Shown: piece by piece, positions 1 through 7,978 of the stretch | Layout: the number at the start of each line of letters is the position of its first letter | Position numbering within the stretch: the stretch's first letter is position 1 | Origin: Chthoniobacteraceae bacterium | GTDB lineage: Bacteria; Verrucomicrobiota; Verrucomicrobiia; Chthoniobacterales; Chthoniobacteraceae | Direction: 5' to 3' | Assembly: GCA_031409335.1 (NCBI GenBank) | Contig: JANNWY010000072.1 | Span: 1-22,562, forward strand | DNA: 22,562 nucleotides | Position numbers and translations under genes: made by a program | Notes under the pieces: model-generated | Databases searched by the model: none | What the model saw: the letters and a program-made list of their open reading frames with translations, nothing else | Told to the model about the DNA's origin: nothing

Positions 1-72
1 GCGGGGCATGCTTTTGTGTTCCGCTTTGTGGGTGGGGTTGGCCGCGGTATACTCTATGCGCTTCTTGTGCGG

Positions 73-227
73 GATGTCCCCCTGTTCTATGTCCGTTTTT
101 CGTTTTTCGACGTTCTTTGTTCAGCCCGCCGCCGGCCCCGCCCGACTGAGGGACGCCGACCGAAATCCACTGCCGCTGCGCGGGGCTGAACATCGAACAT
201 CGAACATCGAACGTCGAACATCGAATC
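73..227. repeat. Inverted element with heptamer-array arms, (GATGTTC)n ... (GAACATC)n
   Basis: Right arm 188-222: GAACATC x3, GAACGTC, GAACATC. Left arm 81-122 is a degenerate 7-periodic reverse complement (CCTGTTC TATGTCC GTTTTTC GTTTTTC GACGTTC TTTGTTC). TGTTCAGCCC (118-127) is the exact reverse complement of GGGCTGAACA (183-192). Confidence 0.8.
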
Positions 228-238
228 AAGAGGCGGGT

Positions 239-1489
239 TCAAAAACGCGCGTTGCTCCAGTCCAGCGACGCGAGGCCTTGGCGGAGTTGCTCGATGCGGC
301 GGATGTAAAACTCGACGGGGCCATCGCCGCCGTGACTCAGCCGCGCGCTGCGAAAATGACTCAACGCTTCATCCCAATGCTGCTGCCGGTAATAGATGAT
401 ACCTTTCCAAAAAAGATCGCGCCGCTCCGCCTCCTCGGGAGTCAGCGTGTCCTTCAGCCCAAGCAATTCATAGACTTCCTCGCGGCTGCGCTCTTCCTGG
501 TAACGCTGGATCAATTCCATTGGGCGCACTTCCACGCCGGTCTCGGATTGGTTGAAAGTCGTGCAGCCGATCAAAATGCGGGAGCCGTAGATCGTGTTCG
601 CCGCGCAAAGCCGGCGCGCGAATTCCACTGGCTCGCCCGCGACGCTGAAATTTCCCAGCCGGCTCGATCCATACGCCGCCACCACCACATCGCCCGAATT
701 CACCCCGATGCGGAAGTCGAACATCTGCCGCCAGATTTTCGCGCATTCCTCGTTCACCTCATCGAGCCGCACGGTGAGGGCCACGGCGGCTGCGGCCGCG
801 GTGCGCGCGTGCGCCTTGTCTGGCAGCGGCGTGCCGAAGACGACGCGCAGACTTTCGCCATCGCATTCATCGAGATAGCCGCCGCTGGCGACGAGGAATT
901 CGGACGCGTTGCGGAGAAAGGAATTGTGCAGCGCCACATAGTCCGCGACCGGCAGCGCGTCGGAGAGTTCCTCGTGATTGAAGATTTCGCACACGACCAC
1001 GGACGCTTCGCAAAGCTCGCCTTCAAACGCGAGCGGCTGATCCGAATCGACCAGCGCCGTGAACGTTTCCGTCGAAACGCGCTCGCCGAAGATGTCGCGG
1101 ACGATGCGCTTGCGGCTGCCGCTCGCGCTCTGCGAATACGCAAACGCGGAGAGGAAACTGAGGCACGTCGCGGCGAGCGAAGCCCACGGCGAAAAGAAAA
1201 TCCCGAAGAGATGCAGCAGCATCGTCGCCACCACGATTTGCGCGAGCGCCGCGGCGGCGACCACGCATTTCAACATGCGCCCACCGATGTCGATGCTCGT
1301 CCACGCGAGGCCAAACGCGAAGGCGATGAAGCACGGATATTGCACCCAGCGATTCGAGATCGGTGTCGCGCCGCCAAACGCCACGGCCACTGCCGCATCG
1401 AGCCGCGCCCACAGCCCGGCCTCGTGTAACCCAGCGCAGATGAGACTCACGACCAGGCCGAGGAAAAGGGTAACCTTGAGATAACGCAC
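239..1489 (-). CDS. Membrane-anchored class III adenylate/guanylate cyclase-domain protein with C-terminal TPR-like tail; catalytic motifs degenerate
   Basis: 416 aa, GTG start. About four N-terminal hydrophobic helices, then cyclase-like motifs VVVCEIFN, GGYLDECDGESLRVVFGTP, FRIGVNSGDVVV and FSVAGEPVEFARRL. Confidence 0.85.
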   Translation of the reverse strand: MRYLKVTLFLGLVVSLICAGLHEAGLWARLDAAVAVAFGGATPISNRWVQYPCFIAFAFGLAWTSIDIGGRMLKCVVAAAALAQIVVATMLLHLFGIFFSPWASLAATCLSFLSAFAYSQSASGSRKRIVRDIFGERVSTETFTALVDSDQPLAFEGELCEASVVVCEIFNHEELSDALPVADYVALHNSFLRNASEFLVASGGYLDECDGESLRVVFGTPLPDKAHARTAAAAAVALTVRLDEVNEECAKIWRQMFDFRIGVNSGDVVVAAYGSSRLGNFSVAGEPVEFARRLCAANTIYGSRILIGCTTFNQSETGVEVRPMELIQRYQEERSREEVYELLGLKDTLTPEEAERRDLFWKGIIYYRQQHWDEALSHFRSARLSHGGDGPVEFYIRRIEQLRQGLASLDWSNARF

Positions 1490-1504
1490 CGTGGGGAGAG
1501 GGAA

Positions 1505-1650
1505 GTTGAGAGTTGAGAGTTGTGTGTTGAGTGACGCTTTTTCGCGCGCCGCGCGTCCGGCATTTGGTGCCGTTCCATTTCAAGAAGACAGATGGCAGCG
1601 AAGTGCGCGAGCGTTTTGAACATTCGCGGCGCGCCGCTCAACACTCAACA
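1505..1650. repeat. Inverted element with heptamer arms, (GTTGAGA)n ... (CTCAACA)n
   Basis: GTTGAGA GTTGAGA GTTGTGT GTTGAGT at 1505-1532 and CTCAACA x2 at 1637-1650. Inner 10-bp inverted repeat GCGCGCCGCG (1544-1553) / CGCGGCGCGC (1625-1634). Confidence 0.7.
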
Positions 1651-1825
1651 TCTGCGAACTTCTGGTCCAGGCTCCACCAGCCCAACTGCGTGGAAGAACA
1701 GCGGAAAACCGCCTCCAACTGCAACTTCTTCAGTTTCTAATCCGGCGGCGTTTGAGGAAAAGCATGGGTCGTGTGGAAAGGGAGCGCATTTTCCGTTGCA
1801 CGGGAAAGTGCGCGCGGCGGGTGCT

Positions 1826-2245
1826 TCAACGCCGGGAGCGAAGGGCGCGGGTGATTCGCGCCACCGCTCGTCCAGCGCGCGAGCGCGCCAAGGCGCACTC
1901 CCAAATGCGCAATACCGTCCAGCCCGCCGCCCGCAACGCGCGCGTTACCGCGCGGTCGCGTTGCGCATTCCGGGCGAGCTTGGCCGCCCACCATGCCGCG
2001 CGGGTCGCTGGCATGGTCGCGTGGCGCGGGCAGCCGTGCCAGAAGCAGCCGTCCACGAAGACGGCGACGCGCTCGCGGCGGAAGACGAAATCGGGTTTGC
2101 CGAAGACGCGTGCATTTCGCCGCCAGCCGGTGATGGCATATTCGCGCATCAGCGCGATGAGGCGGAGTTCCGTCGCGCGGTTCCCGCGCGAGCGGATGAG
2201 CGACATGACGGCGCTGCGCTTCGCCTTGGTGAAGACATCAGCCAT
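1826..2245 (-). CDS. vsr: Very short patch repair endonuclease Vsr
   Basis: MADVFTKAKRSAVMSLIRSRGN, GKPDFVF, VFVDGCFWHGCPRH, KLARNAQRD and GWTVLRIWEC are Vsr hallmarks. Confidence 0.95.
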   Translation of the reverse strand: MADVFTKAKRSAVMSLIRSRGNRATELRLIALMREYAITGWRRNARVFGKPDFVFRRERVAVFVDGCFWHGCPRHATMPATRAAWWAAKLARNAQRDRAVTRALRAAGWTVLRIWECALARSRAGRAVARITRALRSRR

Positions 2246-2531
2246 CCGCGCGCTCGCCGTGGCCGGCGGCGATTTGGGAACGGCGGGCGGTTTCGTCGTC
2301 GTCGTGCGTGTGCATCCGGTCGTAGAGACCCGACCATTGGGCGTCGCAGGGGTGGAGTTCTTCGTCGGCGGGTTCGCCGGCGTCCGCCCGCCGCCACGCC
2401 TCGGCGGCGAAGCGTCTCAGCACGCGCGGCCAGCCGCTCCCGGCGTCTTCGTAGCCATCGGGATGCAGGCCGGGGAAAGCGTAAGCGACGGCGCACCATG
2501 CGCGGAGGAAGTCGGGTTTTGGGAGTCTCAT
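2238..2531 (-). CDS. Hypothetical protein, about 97 aa, coupled to vsr
   Basis: Its ATG overlaps the upstream gene's TGA (ATGA, 2531-2528) and its stop overlaps the vsr start by 8 nt (ATGGCTGA). Alternative start at 2537. No family recognised. Confidence 0.6.
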   Translation of the reverse strand: MRLPKPDFLRAWCAVAYAFPGLHPDGYEDAGSGWPRVLRRFAAEAWRRADAGEPADEELHPCDAQWSGLYDRMHTHDDDETARRSQIAAGHGERADG

Positions 2532-3196
2532 TCGCATTTCATTGCCGGGGAAAAGTGCGGCCTGTCAGGAAATGCGATGCCGGGCGCAAGGTTGCGCGCA
2601 AGCTGTGCAGAATCTGCATAAGTGCGGCGGTCGGCGATGTGTTCGAGCAACCCATCGACACCGACGCCATACAAAGCGAAGTGTGGATGACTGAAATGCT
2701 CATCGAACGGATCGTCGGCCAAAGTGAACGGCTCGCAGATGTCGTCCTCGGCGGGCACTCGGACAGTCTGAATCCGAAACGCTCGGAAAGGCGAACCCGC
2801 AACCGGGTTGGCCGCAGCCACATCAACCGGCACAGGAAGTCCGTCGCTCACTTTGACCGGCAGCCGCATGTGCAACGCGACTCGCAAGCAATCGCTGTCA
2901 TCAAACTGAGCAAGACACTCTGCGCCAATCACCGTTACGCACGCAGTGCCGAATTTGTCCTCCATCATGTAAGGCCAAACGTCATCGAGATCACTGAATT
3001 CAATGTGCACGGATGCCCATGTTTCAAACCTCGTTGCCACTCGCATGACCACGCGCATGAACTCGTCACCGCCGTTGTAACACTCGCTCAGATTTACGCG
3101 CTCATTGGTTTTGGATGGCTTCTTGCACTCGTGCCAAAGCGAGAGAGCGCAGCCAAATACGGCAGCAGGGTCGGGTTGTTCAGATTCATCACTCAT
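2528..3196 (-). CDS. Hypothetical acidic, Cys-rich protein, about 222 aa
   Basis: Protein-like composition with Trp, Tyr and Phe and locally lower GC. Starting at ATG 3196 (MSDESEQPD) avoids overlap with the HNH gene. ATGA-coupled to the downstream ORF. Confidence 0.75.
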   Translation of the reverse strand: MSDESEQPDPAAVFGCALSLWHECKKPSKTNERVNLSECYNGGDEFMRVVMRVATRFETWASVHIEFSDLDDVWPYMMEDKFGTACVTVIGAECLAQFDDSDCLRVALHMRLPVKVSDGLPVPVDVAAANPVAGSPFRAFRIQTVRVPAEDDICEPFTLADDPFDEHFSHPHFALYGVGVDGLLEHIADRRTYADSAQLARNLAPGIAFPDRPHFSPAMKCE

Positions 3197-3234
3197 CACT
3201 TCCCGACAAGTCTCCGGCCCAATAGTTTCCTGGA

Positions 3235-4032
3235 ATGATTGTTCGGAAAAAATGGACACGAGACGAGTTGCTCGTCGCGCTCAACCTCTACCACAAGCTC
3301 ACGTTCGGGCAGCTTCACGCCCGCAATCCGGTGGTCTCTGCTTTGGCGGAGAAAATGGGCCGCACGCCGAGCAGCGTTGGCATGAAGCTTTGTAATTTCG
3401 CTTCGTTCGACCCGGCACTTCAATTGCGTGGCATCAAAGGTCTGCAAGGTGCGAGTGCGCTCGACCGTGCGGTCTGGGATGAATTTCACGCCGACCTCAA
3501 TGACGCAGTTCCGGCGAGCGAAGGGGCGCTACGAACGCTGTTCGGTGCCGACGAGGGCAGCGAACTCGAAGTGCTCCCGAAAGACGGTGTGCGGGTGCGG
3601 AAGCGCCCGCCGCACGGGCCAATGGAGGCTACCGCAAGTGTGAAGCTCCGGCGCGGTCAGGAATACTTTCGCGATGCCGTGCTGAACAACTTCGGCGGAC
3701 GCTGCGGCGTGACCGAGCTGGCCGTGCGCGAGTTGCTGATTGCGTCGCACATCCTCCCGTGGGGTACGCACGTCGCGGAGCGGCTGAATGTCCGCAACGG
3801 CATCTGCCTCTCGCGTCTGCACGACGCTGCTTTCGATCGGGGACTCATCGGGTTCGACGACAAGTTCCGGCTCCTGCTTTCACCACGACTCAAAGCCGCG
3901 CTGCCACAGCGCAGCGTCGCCGATAACTTCGGCGCTTACGCGGGAGAGACGCTGCACTTTCCCGATGACGCCGCGCCGCCGGAGTTGGCGTTTCTTTCGC
4001 AGCATCGCGCGACCATTTTCCGCAAAACGTAG
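3235..4032 (+). CDS. HNH endonuclease, putative restriction endonuclease with N-terminal helical DNA-binding-type domain
   Basis: C-terminal RRGQEYFRDAVLNNFGGRCGVT...LLIASHILPW...RLNVRNGICLSRLHDAAFDRGLIGF (HNH_2-like). N-terminal WTRDELLVALNLY...GRTPSSVGMKLCNF. Confidence 0.9.
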   Translation: MIVRKKWTRDELLVALNLYHKLTFGQLHARNPVVSALAEKMGRTPSSVGMKLCNFASFDPALQLRGIKGLQGASALDRAVWDEFHADLNDAVPASEGALRTLFGADEGSELEVLPKDGVRVRKRPPHGPMEATASVKLRRGQEYFRDAVLNNFGGRCGVTELAVRELLIASHILPWGTHVAERLNVRNGICLSRLHDAAFDRGLIGFDDKFRLLLSPRLKAALPQRSVADNFGAYAGETLHFPDDAAPPELAFLSQHRATIFRKT

Positions 4033-4914
4033 CCGACGCGGAATGCGCCCGCCCTTCTGCGCGATGAGGATTTCCGAGCCGTCCTTGTGGTAGCGCGCGC
4101 TGATGTCGCGCTCGGTGACGAGGCCGAAGCCGAAGCCATTGCCGGCGGCATAGTTCTGGAGGTAATTCCAGAGATGGTCGGAGAGCGTGTATTTTGGGTC
4201 GGGTTTCGGCTCGAGGATGCTCCCAAGCTTTGGGCCGTCGGCGGGGAACTGCGGGAACTCGAAATACCGCCACTCGCGGAAACCGACGATGAAGATGCGC
4301 TCGCGGTGCTGGGGGACGACGCTCTGCGCGTCGATGATCTTGTGATAGACGGTGTAGCCGAGCGCTTCGGTGAGGGTGCGGTGGATGATGTCGAAGGTCT
4401 TGCCGCCGTCGTGGCCCTTGAGGTTCTTGACGTTCTCCAGGACGAACGCGGCGGGGCGGTGGAAGTCGAGGATGTCGGCGATGGAGAAGAAGAGGTTGCC
4501 CTGCTTCACGTCCTCGAAGCCGTGCTTGCGGCCGAGGCTCAGCTTCTTCGACACGCCCGCGATGCTGAACGGCTGGCACGGGAAGCCGCCGCAGAGGATG
4601 TCGTGCGCGGGAATGTCGGCGACGGCGACGCTGTGGATGTCGCCATGCGGACGCTCGCCGAAATTGGCCTCGTAGGTCTGCTGGCTGAATTTGTCGTAGT
4701 CGGAGGAGAAGACGCACCGCCCGCCCGCGCGCTCGAAGGCGAGGCGGAAGCCGCCGATGCCGCAGAACAAATCAATGAAGCGCGGCGGGGCGGCTCCGTA
4801 TTCCGGCGAGTCCTCGCGGAGGACGCACAACTCCGCGTTGCCGTTGCGCCCCCGTTTGGGTGCGCGTCTCGCCTTCGTGGTCTTGGTTGTGTGCTTGCTC
4901 GGCTTGCGTGGCAT
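4030..4914 (-). pseudogene. dcm: DNA (cytosine-5) methyltransferase, Dcm/M.EcoRII type; C-terminally truncated with two in-frame deletions
   Basis: Motifs I (IDLFCGIGG), IV (GGFPCQPFSIAGVSKK), VI (ENVKNL) and VIII (PQHRERIFIVGF) are present, as is the Dcm-like TRD (GNGFGFG, SARYHKDGSEILI). Homology stops at PRRL (about 4030) and motifs IX-X are absent. The frame runs antisense into the HNH gene to 3880. Confidence 0.88.
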
Positions 4915-5082
4915 TTTGTTTTTCAGACGAAAGGCCAAACGTGAAGCGGTGTCGAGCAGGCCGCGCTTTTCCCACGCACGCGCCGGGTGAGTTTTCCTGC
5001 TTCCGTCCAAAAAAAGGGTCGGTTCCAGAATCTCGCTCAGTCGAGCAGGCCGGACGCGCTTTGCCGTGCCGTAAAATTCACT

Positions 5083-5109
5083 TTGCATGCGTATCATAAA
5101 TGATACACT
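5083..5109 (+). promoter_or_regulatory. Toxin-antitoxin promoter with palindromic operator
   Basis: Perfect 7-2-7 palindrome GTATCAT-AA-ATGATAC (5091-5106). It lies after TTGCAT (5083-5088) and overlaps an extended -10, TGaTACACT (5101-5109), 6 nt before the toxin GTG. Confidence 0.75.
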
Positions 5110-5115
5110 TTCGCT

Positions 5116-5472
5116 GTGCCTGATTCGCGCCCACTGCCGGTTCTCTTTTTTCGCACCGATGCGGACAACGAGCCGGTGCGCGCATGGTTGAAAGATTTGG
5201 CCCGCGAGGAACGGCGCACCATCGGCGAAGACCTCAAGACGCTGCAATTCCGCTGGCCGCTCGGGATGCCCCTCGTGCGCAGCCTCGGTGACGGCGTTTG
5301 GGAATTGCGCTCCACTTTGCCGACACGGATCGCGCGTTGTCTTTTTTAGGTGCCGCGCGGTCGCATCGTGCTGCTGCACGGCTTTATCAAGAAAACACAG
5401 AAAACACCACCGGAGGACAAGGCGCTGGCCTTGAAACGCAAACATGCCCACAGCAAAGCAGAAAAAAACTAA
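5116..5472 (+). pseudogene. RelE/HigB-superfamily (Gp49-like) toxin interrupted by an in-frame TAG
   Basis: FFRTDADNEPVRAWL...WPLGMPLVRSLGDGVWELRS...IARCLF, then TAG at 5347-5349. The same frame continues VPRGRIVLLHGFIKKTQKTP...ALKRK to TAA at 5470-5472. Confidence 0.9.
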
Positions 5473-5755
5473 GAACCCGCATGACGGCAGCAGTCTCGAT
5501 GACTTCCTGAAAGAGGATGGTGTGTTCGAGGAAGTGCAGGCCGCGGCGCTCAAGCGCGCGTTCGCGCTGAAGCTTGCCGATCTGATGGAAGAACAGCAGG
5601 TGAACAAGACCTCGCTGGCCGGACAGATGCGCACCTCGCGCGCCGCGCTCGACCGGCTTCTCGATCCCGCGAATACGTCGGTGACGCTGGCGACGCTGAC
5701 ACGCGCCGCGCGGGCGCTGGGACGCAAGGTGAAGATTGAATTGGTCCCGGCGTAG
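5444..5755 (+). CDS. XRE/HTH antitoxin (HigA-like)
   Basis: NPHDGSSLDDFLKEDG, then HTH KTSLAGQMRTSRAALDRLLDPANTSVTLATLTRAARALG. Overlaps the toxin 3' end in toxin-first order. Confidence 0.9.
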   Translation: MPTAKQKKTKNPHDGSSLDDFLKEDGVFEEVQAAALKRAFALKLADLMEEQQVNKTSLAGQMRTSRAALDRLLDPANTSVTLATLTRAARALGRKVKIELVPA

Positions 5756-5820
5756 TCCGCGATCCGGCGACCGGGCGTTTCAACGGCTGCGCGAAGCGAT
5801 TGAAAGAAATTGCGATGCTC

Positions 5821-7017
<1,197 letters not shown>

Positions 7018-7023
7018 TGGCAA

Positions 7024-7117
7024 AGTTGTGAGTTGAGGTTTGAGAGTTGAGAGTCCTCCGAGTTTCCGCAAGCGGCGAAGTGGCGGACTCTCCACTCTCC
7101 ACTTTTAACTCTCAACT
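7024..7117. repeat. Inverted element with four heptamers per arm, filling the divergent clpX-like/trmL intergenic region
   Basis: Left arm GTTGTGA GTTGAGG TTTGAGA GTTGAGA GTCC (7025-7056), a 28-nt spacer, then right arm GGAC TCTCCAC TCTCCAC TTTTAAC TCTCAAC (7085-7116). Confidence 0.85.
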
Positions 7118-7119
7118 AC

Positions 7120-7575
7120 TTGCTCCACGTCGTCCTCATCGAACCCGAGATCCCGCCGAACACTGGCAACATCGGTCGCCTCTGCCTCGCGACTGACTCG
7201 ACTTTGCATCTGGTGAAACCGCTCGGTTTTTCCATCGACGACAAGACGCTCAAGCGCGCGGGGCTCGATTACTGGCGGGATGTGCGCGTGGTGCTTTGGG
7301 AATCGTTCGCCGCGCTGCGTGCCGCGCAGCCAGCGGATGCGCGCTGCTTTTTCCTCACCACGAAAGCCGCGCGTCCGTACTGGGATGAATCGTTTCGCGA
7401 TGGCGATTTTCTCGTCTTCGGTCGCGAGACGAAGGGCCTCCCCGAAACGCTGCTCGCCGCGAATCCCGAGCGCACGCTGACGATTCCCATGCGCCCCGAA
7501 ACGCGCTCGCTCAATCTCGCCAACGCCGTCGGCATCGTGCTCTACGAAGCCGTGCGGCAATGTGCGAGGCGATAG
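7120..7575 (+). CDS. trmL: tRNA (cytidine/uridine(34)-2'-O)-methyltransferase TrmL
   Basis: PEIPPNTGNIGRLC, LKRAGLDYW, VFGRETKGLP and IPM...RSLNLANAVGIVLYEA. TTG start. Confidence 0.95.
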   Translation: MLHVVLIEPEIPPNTGNIGRLCLATDSTLHLVKPLGFSIDDKTLKRAGLDYWRDVRVVLWESFAALRAAQPADARCFFLTTKAARPYWDESFRDGDFLVFGRETKGLPETLLAANPERTLTIPMRPETRSLNLANAVGIVLYEAVRQCARR

Positions 7576-7576
7576 C

Positions 7577-7960
7577 TCAGGTCGTCCCGAGATGTTTGTC
7601 GATGCACTCCGTGATCGCCTTCAGGCTCACCGGCTTTGCGATGAACGGGAAGCCGCCGATCATGTTTCCGCCCTCTTTTTCGGAGACGATAGCGGTGAGA
7701 AAAATGATCGGCACATGCTGAAGCTGCGGGTCGCTCGTGATCTGCTTCGCCACGTCGCCGCCGTCGATCTTCGGCATCACGACATCGAGAAAGATGATGT
7801 CCGGTGCGAAGTCGCGCGCGGCGAGCCACGCTTTGGTGCCGTCGTTTTCCTCCTGCACGATGTAGCGCCCGGTCTTCTCGAGCGTGAGTTTTAGCAGGTG
7901 GGTGAAGCCGGATTCGTCATCGACGATAAAGACACGTTTTTTCTTCGGTTCGTTTTCCAT
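7577..7960 (-). CDS. Single-domain response regulator (REC)
   Basis: VFIVDDE, IIFLDVVMP, IIFLTA and FIAKP motifs; lies directly downstream of a histidine kinase. Confidence 0.93.
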   Translation of the reverse strand: MENEPKKKRVFIVDDESGFTHLLKLTLEKTGRYIVQEENDGTKAWLAARDFAPDIIFLDVVMPKIDGGDVAKQITSDPQLQHVPIIFLTAIVSEKEGGNMIGGFPFIAKPVSLKAITECIDKHLGTT

Positions 7961-7978
7961 ATTTGTGGGCCTGTTTGG

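Noticed and set aside
188..227. CRISPR array
   Set aside because: The units are 7 bp and contiguous, with no spacers and no cas genes.
8..1429. 473-aa + strand ORF, and similar long ORFs at 1592-3238, 8600-10159 and 20935-22311
   Set aside because: They are antisense shadows of well-supported genes in high-GC DNA, Arg/Ala/His-rich and without motifs.
3196..3234. Missing Dcm C-terminus relocated beyond an inverted HNH gene
   Set aside because: No motif IX/X sequence is present on either strand here. A TGATG overlap at 3198-3194 hints at a lost upstream gene but is too short to support.
3880..5727. 615-aa ORF as an N-terminally extended methyltransferase
   Set aside because: The first 270 or so residues are antisense to the TA module; MTase-like sequence begins after ATG 4914.
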